Numbered from the stretch's first letter, positions 46,557 through 55,763 are shown. The stretch is 64,000 bases of DNA from an uncultured Gammaproteobacteria bacterium (GCA_964457725.1 CAYWGQ010000002.1:45023-109022), one strand, 5' to 3'. Program-made: numbers and translations. The notes: generated by a model not told the origin, from the sequence alone.

Positions 46557-47690
46557 ATGGCGAAAGCTGCACTACCGGCAGGCGCGCTCGCGGCCGCCGC
46601 TCTGATGGTTTGCTCCACGGCGGGCTTCGCGCAGGCGCCGCGGGCCGACGGCGCGGCCGAGCCGCCGCAATCGCGCCGCGTCCCCGCGGAGACCCTCGCA
46701 GCGAAGGTCCGCGACCCTTCCTGGCGTGCCCCGCGAACCTCGTGGGGGCATCCGAGCTTCGAGGGCGTCTGGAGCACGGACGACATGCGGAGCGTGCCGC
46801 TGAATCGACCGGAGGAGCTCGGCGACAACGCGAGCCTGACGCCCGAGCAGTTCGCCGAGCGCGCGCGGCGCGACGAAGGCGCGCTCGATCGGGCCGTGAA
46901 CACCGAGACGTTTCTCAGGAACGAGTGGGGCGTGCGCACGTTCGGCTACAGCTCGCTCGTGATCGATCCGCCGAACGGCCGCATCCCGCCGATGACCGAG
47001 GCCGGCCGGGCGCGAGCGGCGAACCGCGACCGCGGGACGTTCGGCCCGGGTCCGTTCGACACGTTCGAGGATTTCACGCTCTACGACCGCTGCATCACGC
47101 GCGGGGTCATCGGCTCGAAGCTGCCGGTGATCTACGGCAACGGCCTGCGAATCGTGCAGACGCCGGACTCCGTCGCGATCAGCTACGAGATGATCCACGA
47201 CACACGGATCATCCCCGTCGACGGGCGGCCGCACATGAGCGGCGACATTCGGCAGTACCTCGGGAACCCGCGCGGTCGCTGGGAGGGCGATACGCTCGTC
47301 GTCGAGACCGTGAATTTTACCGATCAGACGAGCATCGGCCCGAACGGCAACGGCACCCGGCACAGTGCGCAGATGAAGCTGACCGAGCGCTTCACGCGCA
47401 TCGATCCGGAGATGATCGAATACGTCGCGACCGTCGACGACCCCGTCGCCTACACGGCGCCTTTCACGTTGCGGCTCATGCTCACGACGCAGCCCGGCTA
47501 TCAGCTCTACGAGTACTCCTGCCACGAGGGCAACGGCGCGGTGAAGAATTCGCTCTCCGGCGAGCGAGCGTGGGAGCGCGAGGCGGCCGAAGCGGCCGCG
47601 AAGGGCCTGCCGCCGCCGCAAAGGGCCGGGAGCGTCTATGGCCCGCCCGAGGAGGGCGCCGAGGTGTTCAACATCAACCGGGGCGAGTGA
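46557..47690 (+). CDS. secreted hypothetical protein, partner family
   Basis: ATG at 46557 follows GAGGAG. The 377 aa product has a signal peptide. Contains FEGVWS, DRCITRG, DGRPHM, GRWEGDTLVVETVNF, LTERF, VDDPVAYTAPF and YSCHEGN. Confidence 0.75.
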   Translation: MAKAALPAGALAAAALMVCSTAGFAQAPRADGAAEPPQSRRVPAETLAAKVRDPSWRAPRTSWGHPSFEGVWSTDDMRSVPLNRPEELGDNASLTPEQFAERARRDEGALDRAVNTETFLRNEWGVRTFGYSSLVIDPPNGRIPPMTEAGRARAANRDRGTFGPGPFDTFEDFTLYDRCITRGVIGSKLPVIYGNGLRIVQTPDSVAISYEMIHDTRIIPVDGRPHMSGDIRQYLGNPRGRWEGDTLVVETVNFTDQTSIGPNGNGTRHSAQMKLTERFTRIDPEMIEYVATVDDPVAYTAPFTLRLMLTTQPGYQLYEYSCHEGNGAVKNSLSGERAWEREAAEAAAKGLPPPQRAGSVYGPPEEGAEVFNINRGE

Positions 47691-47724
47691 CGCCGCGCGA
47701 GGCGGTCGACCGTCCACAAAAACG

Positions 47725-47760
47725 AAGGCCGCGGCGCCGTCGGTGCCGCGGCCTTTTTCG
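47725..47760. terminator. bidirectional rho-independent terminator
   Basis: The element is AAGGCCGCGGC-gccgtcggt-GCCGCGGCCTT followed by TTTCG, preceded by ACAAAAAC. It has a 9-bp GC stem with A/T tracts on both sides and lies between convergent genes ending at 47690 and 47804. Confidence 0.65.
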
Positions 47761-47803
47761 TCGGCGCGGGCGGGTGCGGGAAGGCCGCAGTCCGCCCGGT
47801 ACG

Positions 47804-48217
47804 TCACTCCGCGCTCGGGGCTCCTGCGCCCTCCGAGCCCATGAACAGGCTCGATCCGTCCGGCAGCCGGATCTCCCGGCCGTTGGCCCGGAACGAGCGA
47901 TCACGGGCCTGGTAGCCCTCGACGGTCACTCGAATGCCGGCCGGCACCGAGTTGCGGTTCCAGCCGCGGCGAATCAGCGCGTTCGGCGCGCCGCCCTCGA
48001 CCGCCCACTGTTGCTTCTCGCCGCTCTCGGTCGTCACTTCGATGTGCAGCCAGGAGTGCGGGTTGCTGAACTCCATTCGCGTGACGACGCCCTCGAGCAC
48101 GATCGGCCGGTTGATGTCGAACTCGGCGGCGAACGAATGATGCGCGTCGACCGGAGCGGCTGCCCATCCTGCGGCGGCGGCCGCGACGGCGCTCAGGATT
48201 TTCACTCGCATGGACAC
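47804..48217 (-). CDS. AHHS small periplasmic protein (DUF6152-like)
   Basis: 137 aa. The signal peptide ends PVDA and is followed by HHSFAAEFD, SNPHSWLHIE, WAVEGG and GIRVTVEG. Confidence 0.75.
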   Translation of the reverse strand: MSMRVKILSAVAAAAAGWAAAPVDAHHSFAAEFDINRPIVLEGVVTRMEFSNPHSWLHIEVTTESGEKQQWAVEGGAPNALIRRGWNRNSVPAGIRVTVEGYQARDRSFRANGREIRLPDGSSLFMGSEGAGAPSAE

Positions 48218-48306
48218 ATCTCCCGTGTGGTACGACGGCCGGAGACCATTCTAGTGGCCCGCGGCTGAACGGCGTCTGAATTATTGTACAGCGGCCTCGC
48301 TTCGGC

Positions 48307-49122
48307 TCATTCGAGCGGTTGCGGCGGTTCCTTCAGGAACTCTCCATAGAGCAGCGGCTCGGCGAACTCGACGCACTTGAACTCGAGCAGCTCCGCGTTC
48401 GGCTCGATGCGCCGATAGAGCGGCAGGCTGATCGTCCACGGCCGCTCGAACACGACGGGATCGTCGATCGTCGCCTCGTACTGGATATGGTCCGGCCCGA
48501 TCAGCGTGAACCGCTCCGTGACGGTCATCTGGTTGCTGTGATAATTGCCGGAACGGTCGAGCCACGTGCGGTCGTCGTTCGCGATCGTCTCGACGACCAG
48601 CGTGTCCCCGTCCCAGCTGCCGTTCGACCAGCCCATCCACAAGTCCACCGGCACCTCGTCTAGCGTGCGCACATCCTCGAAGTGCACCGCGCGGTTGGCG
48701 CTCGCGTACTCGTAGACGAACAGGATGTCGCCGTCGCCTTGGACGATCTGGAACGGATACGGCATGTACGTCGCGCGCGGGATGCCGGGCAGGTAGCAGG
48801 CCGCTTCAGGATCGCTCTTCGGCCAGCCGGCGCGATTCTCGTCGCGTTTCGCGAGCGCCTCCGGCTTGTACGGGATCTTGCCGCCGACGACGACGCTCTG
48901 TCCCGCGGGAATCGCGCCGATTGCGCCGAGCTGCCAGATCTTCTCGAACCGCGAAGCCGAGTGCGCTTCGAGGTTCCAGTGCGCGCTGCCCGCCGCCTGC
49001 CAGATGCCGTTGAAGTTCGGTCGGCCGTTGATTCGCTCCGGACGCGAGGTCTGCGCCTCCGCGTGAGTGACCGCGAGACCTGCGACGAGCGCCGCGACCG
49101 TGCCAAACACCGCTGTTCGCAT
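48307..49122 (-). CDS. secreted hypothetical protein, partner family
   Basis: ATG at 49122 follows GGGAG. The 271 aa product has a signal peptide. Contains FNGIWQ, AACYLPG, GWSNGSWDGDTLVVETI, VTERF, IDDPVVFERPW and FKCVE. Confidence 0.75.
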   Translation of the reverse strand: MRTAVFGTVAALVAGLAVTHAEAQTSRPERINGRPNFNGIWQAAGSAHWNLEAHSASRFEKIWQLGAIGAIPAGQSVVVGGKIPYKPEALAKRDENRAGWPKSDPEAACYLPGIPRATYMPYPFQIVQGDGDILFVYEYASANRAVHFEDVRTLDEVPVDLWMGWSNGSWDGDTLVVETIANDDRTWLDRSGNYHSNQMTVTERFTLIGPDHIQYEATIDDPVVFERPWTISLPLYRRIEPNAELLEFKCVEFAEPLLYGEFLKEPPQPLE

Positions 49123-49387
49123 CTCCCGATCCCCCTCGACACCGTATACGTCGTCGGCTTGAACGCGGGCCGGCGGCCTCGCCGGCACGGCCGGAATTCT
49201 ACGTGCGCCCGGAGCCCGAGCACCATCTTTTCGGAGTCGACGCGAGGCGCGCCGCGTTCTTCGAAGCTCTTCTATGTGAACTCCTTCGTCGTGTCAAACG
49301 CCGCTTCGCTCGAGCAGACGCGGCCCGTGATTTCGTTTAGCCTTGAGAAACGCCGGTGCAGGCCGGCACTCCGGGGGGAGGACTCAG

Positions 49388-51115
49388 ATGCGCCGTTCAT
49401 CGATCGCAGCCGCCGTCGCGGTCGCCGCGGCCGCCGCGTGCTCGCTCACGGCGGCGGCGGAACGCGAGCTCGCGCCCGTCACCGACGAGATGCTTCGCAA
49501 TCCCGATCCGGGCGACTGGCTGATGTGGCGCCGCACGCTGGACGGCACGGGCTTCAGCCCGCTCGAGCAGATCAACGCCCGGAACGTCGGCACGCTCGAG
49601 CTCGTCTGGAGCGCGCCGCTCGGCCCGGGAATACAGGAGGCGACGCCGCTCGTCTACGCCGGCACGATGTACGTGCCGAATCACGGCGATTACGTGCAGG
49701 CGTTCGATGCGGCGACAGGGGAGCTTCTCTGGGAGTATCGCCGGCAGTATCGCGAGGGGGGCAACGCCGGCACGAACCGCAATCTCGCGATCTGGGGCAC
49801 GACGCTGATCGACGCGGGCTCGGACAACACGATGTACGCGATCGACGCCCGCACCGGCGAGCTCGTCTGGGAGACGCCGGTCCACGATGCGGCGCTCCGT
49901 GCCCGCGCGACCTCGGGGCCGATCGTCGCCGACGGCAAGGTCATCACCGGCCGGCAGTGCCAACCGGACGCGACGCACGAGGGTTGCGTGATCACCGCGC
50001 ACGACGCGAAGAGCGGCCGCGAGCTCTGGCGCACGCGGACGATTCCGCGCCCCGGCGAGCCGGGCGACGAGACCTGGGGCGATGTGCCGCTCGCGCAACG
50101 CTGGCACGTCGGCACCTGGATGGTGCCGAGCTACGACCCAGACCTCGAGCGGATCTTCATCGGCACGTCCGTGACGATCCCTGCGCCGAAGTTCATCCTC
50201 GGCGGCGTCGACAAGTCTCACCTGTACCACAACTCGACGCTCGCCCTCGACGCCGCGAGCGGCCGGATCGTCTGGCATTACCAGCACTTGATCGATCACT
50301 GGGATCTCGACCACCCGTACGAGCGGCTGCTGGTCGAGACGGCGGTCGCGCCGGATCCCGACGAGGTGCCGTGGATCAACCCGAACGTGCGCCGCGGCGA
50401 GGTTCGCAAGGTCATCACCGGGATTCCGGGCAAGACCGGCATCGTCTACACGCTCGATCGCGAGACGGGAGAGTTTCTCTGGGCGCGGCCGACCGTCATG
50501 CAGAACGTCGTCAAGTCGATCGGCGGGGACGGTAAGGTCGAGGTCGATCCCGAGCGCATCTTCACGCGCGCCGATCAGGAAATCTTCGTGTGCCCGAGCG
50601 CGAACGGCGGCAAGAACTGGCCCGCCGGCGCCTACAGCCCGGTGACGAAGGCGATGTACTTCCCGTTGCAGAACCTTTGCATGAGCGCACGGACACGGAC
50701 CGATCAGCGCGATCCGAGCCTCGTCTACGGCGTGACGCTGGATGCCGAGCTCGCGCCAGGAACCGACAACGTCGGCGCGGTGTGGGCGATCTCGGTCGAG
50801 ACGGGCAGGACGCTTTGGAAGCACGAGCAGCGCGCCGGGACCTTGTCGCTCGTCGCGACCGGCGGCGGCCTGGTCTTCGGCGGCGACGCCGCTGGCCGCT
50901 TCAGGGCGTTCGATGCCGCGACCGGCGAGGTCCTGTGGGATACGGACCTCGGCTCCCCGGTCAGCGGCTTCCCGATCAGCTTCGCCGTCGACGGCAAGCA
51001 GTACGTCGCCGTCACGACCGGGCCGTCGCTCGCCGCCATGACGTCGCGACGGCTCGCGCCCGAGCTCGCGCCGGATGCGGGCGGTGCGAGCGTGTTCGTG
51101 TTCTCGCTACGGTAG
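49388..51115 (+). CDS. PQQ-dependent dehydrogenase (quinoprotein alcohol dehydrogenase family)
   Basis: ATG at 49388 follows GGGGGGAGG. The 575 aa product has a signal peptide. Contains DWLMWRRTLDGTGFSPL, repeated W-motif propeller blades and CPSANGGKNW. There is no C-terminal cytochrome domain and no vicinal Cys-Cys. Confidence 0.85.
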   Translation: MRRSSIAAAVAVAAAAACSLTAAAERELAPVTDEMLRNPDPGDWLMWRRTLDGTGFSPLEQINARNVGTLELVWSAPLGPGIQEATPLVYAGTMYVPNHGDYVQAFDAATGELLWEYRRQYREGGNAGTNRNLAIWGTTLIDAGSDNTMYAIDARTGELVWETPVHDAALRARATSGPIVADGKVITGRQCQPDATHEGCVITAHDAKSGRELWRTRTIPRPGEPGDETWGDVPLAQRWHVGTWMVPSYDPDLERIFIGTSVTIPAPKFILGGVDKSHLYHNSTLALDAASGRIVWHYQHLIDHWDLDHPYERLLVETAVAPDPDEVPWINPNVRRGEVRKVITGIPGKTGIVYTLDRETGEFLWARPTVMQNVVKSIGGDGKVEVDPERIFTRADQEIFVCPSANGGKNWPAGAYSPVTKAMYFPLQNLCMSARTRTDQRDPSLVYGVTLDAELAPGTDNVGAVWAISVETGRTLWKHEQRAGTLSLVATGGGLVFGGDAAGRFRAFDAATGEVLWDTDLGSPVSGFPISFAVDGKQYVAVTTGPSLAAMTSRRLAPELAPDAGGASVFVFSLR

Positions 51116-51135
51116 CCGCAGTGGAGGACCGCGGA

Positions 51136-52158
51136 ATGGAAGCCGTGCAACGAAGCGGCCGCGCCGTTCGACGCAGCCCCGCGATTTACGGTGTGCTCGC
51201 TGCGCTCGCATTCGCGGCGGCCGAGGCGCAGCGCGAGCCGTTCGACGCCTGGCTCGCGCAGTTTCGCGCCGAGGCGCTCGCGGGCGGCGTGTCCGAGCGG
51301 ACGGTCAGTGCGGCGCTCGACGGCCTCGAGCCGCTGGAGCAGGTCATCGAGCGCGACCGCAATCAGCCGGAGTTCAGGCTCGACTTTGCGACGTACCTGT
51401 CGCGCGTCGTCTCGGAGCGGCGGGTCGAGCAGGGGCGGCGTGTGCTCGAGGAGCATCGCGCGCTGCTCGAGGACGTCGGGCGCCGCTACGGCATGCCGCC
51501 CGAGCTCCTGACCGCCGTCTGGGGCGTCGAGAGCAACTTCGGCGAGACGCAGGGCGACTTCCCGATCGTGCAGGCGCTCGCGACGCTCGCGTGGGAGGGC
51601 AGGCGTGGCGCGATGTTCCGCCGCGAGCTGCTGCATGCGCTGCGGATCCTCGACGGCGGGCACGTCGAGCTCGAGCGCATGAAAGGATCTTGGGCGGGTG
51701 CGATGGGCCAGCTGCAGTTCATGCCGTCGACCTTCGTCGATTACGCGAAGGACGGCGACGGCGACGGGCGCAAGGACATCTGGGGCAGCGCCGCCGATGC
51801 GCTCGAGTCCGCCGCGAGCTTCATGGCGTCGCAATGGCGGCCCGGGCTCCGATGGGGGCGGCAGGTGCGGCTGCCTGACGGCTTCGATCGCGCGCTCGCG
51901 GGGCTCGAGACGCGCAAGCCGCTCGCCGAATGGCAACGCCTCGGCGTCCGTCTGCCGGACGGCTCGGCTCTGCCGAGCGCCGACGTGTCGGCGTCGTTGA
52001 TCTTGCCGGAGGAGGGTGCGGGCGAGCCGGCGTTTCTCGTCTACCAGAACTACCGGGCGCTGCTCCGCTGGAACCGCTCGCACTTCTTCGCGCTCGCGGT
52101 CGGTCACCTCGCGGACCGCATCGCCGGCGCGCCGCCGCTCGTCGCGAGCGGCCGCTGA
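51136..52158 (+). CDS. mltB: lytic murein transglycosylase B-like
   Basis: 340 aa. Contains WGVESNFG (catalytic Glu), GAMGQLQFMPSTF, DGDGDGRKDIW and NYRALLRWNRS. Confidence 0.85.
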   Translation: MEAVQRSGRAVRRSPAIYGVLAALAFAAAEAQREPFDAWLAQFRAEALAGGVSERTVSAALDGLEPLEQVIERDRNQPEFRLDFATYLSRVVSERRVEQGRRVLEEHRALLEDVGRRYGMPPELLTAVWGVESNFGETQGDFPIVQALATLAWEGRRGAMFRRELLHALRILDGGHVELERMKGSWAGAMGQLQFMPSTFVDYAKDGDGDGRKDIWGSAADALESAASFMASQWRPGLRWGRQVRLPDGFDRALAGLETRKPLAEWQRLGVRLPDGSALPSADVSASLILPEEGAGEPAFLVYQNYRALLRWNRSHFFALAVGHLADRIAGAPPLVASGR

Positions 52159-52180
52159 CGCAGGCGCCGCCGCCGGCCCA

Positions 52181-52912
52181 TCAACGGCAGGCGGTGCGCG
52201 GCTTCAGGCCCAGGAACCGGTCGACGACCAGGACCTCCCGCGACGTCTCATCGGGCCCGGCGACCTGCTCGAGATGCGCCTCGAGCTCCGTCAGCGCGGC
52301 CGGGCCGTTGCGGTTCAACCGCCGGTGCTGGCGCAGCAGCGCCTCGTAGCCCGGCCCCGGCGCAACCTCGAGCGCGAGCCCGGTGATGCACTCGGTGAAC
52401 GCGATGCCGGAGCGCCCGACGATCGACTCGCCTTCGATGCGAAACGGGTCCGCGGGCGGGGCGGCGTCCGGGTCCCGTGTGAGCGCGTGCTCGGTCGGCG
52501 ACGCGCCTTGCAGCTCGAGCCGGTCGGGGCCGAGCTGCGCGAAGCGCCGGTCGGGGCCCGCGCCTGAGAGCACGAGCCGGCCGGTGTCGTCGTCCCAGCG
52601 CCAGAGGCCGAGCGACTGCGTCTGATAGTCCGCCGTTCCATCCTCGAGCATGTACCGCTGTCGGAACAGAGAGCGGCCGTCGGGCCGCAGCCAGAGCGTC
52701 GCTTCGATCGCCGCGCAGTTGCTGCACGGAAACGTGCCCGTGTAGATGCCCGCGAGCTCTCCAATCGGTGCGGTCCGCTCGCCGTCGCGTGCGGCCGCCC
52801 TCGATCCGCTCGGCTCGCAGCCTGCGGCGAGCACGAGGAGTGGCGAGAGCGCGAGCACGTGCAGGATTCTGTTCACTCTCGACAGAGCTGTTTCCGGTTC
52901 CGGGCCGGGCAC
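52181..52912 (-). CDS. NlpE-N-terminal-domain-like lipoprotein
   Basis: Lipobox LAAGC. Contains YTGTFPCSNCAAIEATLWL (the NlpE CxxC motif). A likely alternative start is GTG at 52876. Confidence 0.6.
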   Translation of the reverse strand: MPGPEPETALSRVNRILHVLALSPLLVLAAGCEPSGSRAAARDGERTAPIGELAGIYTGTFPCSNCAAIEATLWLRPDGRSLFRQRYMLEDGTADYQTQSLGLWRWDDDTGRLVLSGAGPDRRFAQLGPDRLELQGASPTEHALTRDPDAAPPADPFRIEGESIVGRSGIAFTECITGLALEVAPGPGYEALLRQHRRLNRNGPAALTELEAHLEQVAGPDETSREVLVVDRFLGLKPRTACR

Positions 52913-53063
52913 TCTCGCATCGCGGCCGGCAGTCCGGAAGTGAATGGTTCACGGCCGGAGGGTGGCCGCGCCTGCCGGCGGGACGCCGAGGCGCCTTTCG
53001 GCTACAATTCCGAACCCGGCTAAGCCGCTTCCAGGCTGTCCGGGTCCAGCCGGGAGGGGGTCG

Positions 53064-53513
53064 ATGGCCAGAGAATACGATTTCGCGGTCTCGCTCAAGA
53101 TCCGCCATCCCTCGATCGATCCCGACGAGATCACCCGCACGCTGAAGCTGATCCCGCAGCACGCCTGGAAGGCGGGGGCGGATCGGCCTGCCACTGCCGA
53201 GCGCTCGAGCGCCGGCACTTATCGCGAGACGCTCTGGATCGCTCCGCTCGGCCCGAGCCCGTACGCACCGCAGGGCCTCGAGTTCTCGCTCGACGAGGCG
53301 TTGCGCTTCGGCGCGCTGCAGGTGCAGCGCTCGCGGCCGTTCTGGAACCGCCTCGTCGCGGAAGGCGGCTCGGCCGAGCTGCTGATCGAGATATTCGGTG
53401 CCGAGACCTTCACGCTCGAGCTGACCCCGGCCACCTTCGCGTTGCTCGCCCGCTCGAAGCTCGCGATCTCGGTGCAGGTGCACTCCGGCATCCGCTCGCG
53501 CGCCGTCGCCTGA
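53064..53513 (+). CDS. hypothetical protein (DUF4279-like)
   Basis: ATG at 53064 follows GGGAGGGGG. The 149 aa product has an N-terminal FAVSLKIRHPSIDPDEITRTLKLIP that resembles DUF4279 (recalled from memory). Confidence 0.45.
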   Translation: MAREYDFAVSLKIRHPSIDPDEITRTLKLIPQHAWKAGADRPATAERSSAGTYRETLWIAPLGPSPYAPQGLEFSLDEALRFGALQVQRSRPFWNRLVAEGGSAELLIEIFGAETFTLELTPATFALLARSKLAISVQVHSGIRSRAVA

Positions 53514-53523
53514 TCCCTCGCCG

Positions 53524-53540
53524 CGGCCCCTCGGGGGCCG
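53524..53540 (+). terminator. GC hairpin CGGCCCC-TCG-GGGGCCG after the 53513 stop (no U-tract)
   Basis: A perfect 7-bp stem lies 11 nt after the stop. No T-run follows. Confidence 0.3.
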
Positions 53541-53619
53541 AGCGCCGCCCTGTAGTACCATTTCCTCGTCGACGGTAGGAGAGCTCGCCGTGCGAGCGGC
53601 GACAGGACGGGAGGTTTCG

Positions 53620-54519
53620 ATGCGCTTCACCAGACGCGACGTGATCATCGGTGCCGGCGGCGCCGCCATTGCGCCACCGCTCGTGCTTGCGCAGTCGACG
53701 ATGCCGACGCGGCCGATTCCCTCGACCGGCGAGCAGCTGCCCGTCATCGGGCTCGGCTCGAGCAAGGTCGTGCAGGAGATCGCGGAGCACGGCACCGAGC
53801 CCGTCGCGGCCGTGCTGCGGACGCTCGTCGCGAACGGCGGCCGCGTGATCGATACCTGGCCGCGCGATCCGTCGAACGACGAAGGCCTCGGCCGCGTGCT
53901 GGCGGAGCCGGATCTGCGAACGCTCTTCGTCACGAGCAAGATCGATCGGGTCGGAAAGGACGCGGGCGTCGCGCAGTTCCGCGAGACGCAGCGACTCTAT
54001 GGCCGCCGGCCGCTCGACCTGCTGCAGATTTTCAGCCTGACCGACGTCGACACGCATTGGGCGAGCCTGCAAGCGTTCAAAGCCGCCGGGGACGTGCGCT
54101 ACATCGGCGTCACCGTCGCCGAGGAGCGGCTCTACGGTGCGCTCGAGCAGTTCCTCGAGCGCGAGTCGCCGGATTTCGTGCAGTTGAACTATTCGATCAC
54201 CGAGCGCGGCGCCGAGGCGCGGCTGCTGCCGCTGCTCGCCGACCGCGGGATCGCCGTGCTGATTAACCGGCCGTTCATGAACGGCACGTACTTCCGCGCG
54301 CTCGAGGGGCGTCCGCTGCCCGACTGGGCCGCGGAATTCGATTGCACGACCTGGGCGCAGTTCTCGCTGAAGTACATCCTCGCGAACCCGCACCTGACCT
54401 GCGTGCTGACGGAGACGAGCAATCCTCGTCACATGGAGGAGAACGCGCGCACCGCGTTCGGACCGTTGCCGGACGCCGAGGCCCTCGCGCGGATGCGCGA
54501 CTTCATCGACTCGGTTTGA
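53620..54519 (+). CDS. aldo/keto reductase with twin-arginine signal
   Basis: ATG at 53620 follows GGAGG. The N-terminus is MRFTRRDVIIGAGGAAIAPPLVLAQ. The AKR blocks are IDTWP, LFVTSK, YIGVT and VLINRPF. Confidence 0.8.
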   Translation: MRFTRRDVIIGAGGAAIAPPLVLAQSTMPTRPIPSTGEQLPVIGLGSSKVVQEIAEHGTEPVAAVLRTLVANGGRVIDTWPRDPSNDEGLGRVLAEPDLRTLFVTSKIDRVGKDAGVAQFRETQRLYGRRPLDLLQIFSLTDVDTHWASLQAFKAAGDVRYIGVTVAEERLYGALEQFLERESPDFVQLNYSITERGAEARLLPLLADRGIAVLINRPFMNGTYFRALEGRPLPDWAAEFDCTTWAQFSLKYILANPHLTCVLTETSNPRHMEENARTAFGPLPDAEALARMRDFIDSV

Positions 54520-54547
54520 GCCGCCGCGCGCGGCGTCTGCCGCGCGG

Positions 54548-55294
54548 TCAGTGCGTCATGCCCCAGATCACGAAGTTCACGCCGAGCCGGAACGCGTCCG
54601 CGGCCGGCTCGAGCGGCATCCGCGCTTGCCCGTACCAGTCCCAGAAGTTCGCGAGGTCGTTGTTGTGGCCGGCCGCGATCGCGAGCTCGCCGCGTGCGTC
54701 GTCGAGGCCGAAGTAGACGATTCGCCCGCCCGGCACGTACGGCGACATGCCGTCGAGATCGCGGAGTGTGAAGCTCGCGCTGAAGACCGGATGCTCGATG
54801 TCGAGCGGCAGGAACGGCCTGTCGGGGAACGCGCGCCGGACGTGGGCGCGCATGTTCTCGAGCTGCGCCGGACCGTCGAAGTCGTCCATCAGGATGAACC
54901 CGCCGCGCTCGATGAACTCGCGCAGATTGCGCACCTCCTGCTCGGTGAGCTCCATCTCGCCCGGCTCCGAGACGTACGCGAACGGATAGAGGAACACCTC
55001 GTCGCTCGCGAGGTCGACGATGCGGTAGGAGAGGGTGTCGACGTCGATCCGAGTCGTCTGCGCAAGGAACGCGTTCAGGTTGCGATCGGACCGCGGGTAG
55101 TTGTGCGACCAGCCGGAGTGCCCGAACCAGCCGTTCGTGCCGAATCGCCAGCGCGCGACGACGAGCTCGGTCGCGGGAGGCTCGTTCTGCTGGATCCGGA
55201 GAAGGCGCCGGCCGAACCCTTGCGCCAGCGCGAGCGTGCCGCCGAGCAGCGCTGATGCCGCGATTGCGGCGACGGCGACCCGCCGCGCGGTCAC
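54548..55294 (-). CDS. DUF4159-domain protein (secreted)
   Basis: 248 aa with a signal peptide. Contains WSHNYPRSDRNL, YPFAYVSEPG and GGFILMDDF, typical of DUF4159. Confidence 0.7.
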   Translation of the reverse strand: MTARRVAVAAIAASALLGGTLALAQGFGRRLLRIQQNEPPATELVVARWRFGTNGWFGHSGWSHNYPRSDRNLNAFLAQTTRIDVDTLSYRIVDLASDEVFLYPFAYVSEPGEMELTEQEVRNLREFIERGGFILMDDFDGPAQLENMRAHVRRAFPDRPFLPLDIEHPVFSASFTLRDLDGMSPYVPGGRIVYFGLDDARGELAIAAGHNNDLANFWDWYGQARMPLEPAADAFRLGVNFVIWGMTH

Positions 55295-55295
55295 G

Positions 55296-55763
55296 TCAGC
55301 CGGTGGCGATGCCGACGATGCGGTCCCGTTGTGCGAGCAACGGGGCGTTCGTGAACTTCGAGACGTCGGCCCGCAATCCCGCCTGATGCTCGGCGGCCGC
55401 CCTGTCGAACGCCTCGGGATCCGCGATCCAGATCGTGATCGTCGCGATGTAGCGCGGCGGGGAGCCGTCCGCGCCCGGCAGTCCGCGCCGCAGCTCGAAC
55501 CGGCTGATCGAGCTGCCGTACGCGCGCATGATCCGCGGCATGTGCGTGCTCTCGTAGTAGTCGAAATCGAAGCGCACGTCCGGGCCGTTCTCGTAGACGA
55601 TCGTCATGCACTCCTGGCCGACCTCGCTCTCGGCCGCGCGCGCCACGTTGGGACCCGCGCCGGCGACCGTGGCGGCGATCCCCGCGGCAGCGGCCCGTCC
55701 GGCTCCCACGAGCAGTGAACGCCGGTCGCAGCGCTCGGCGTCGTCTCGTCGTTCGTCGCTCAT
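55296..55763 (-). CDS. EthD-family protein with Tat-like signal
   Basis: ATG at 55763 follows GAGGAG. Contains the RRSLLVGAG motif. The core FDFDYYESTHMPRIM is typical of the EthD family. Confidence 0.65.
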   Translation of the reverse strand: MSDERRDDAERCDRRSLLVGAGRAAAAGIAATVAGAGPNVARAAESEVGQECMTIVYENGPDVRFDFDYYESTHMPRIMRAYGSSISRFELRRGLPGADGSPPRYIATITIWIADPEAFDRAAAEHQAGLRADVSKFTNAPLLAQRDRIVGIATG

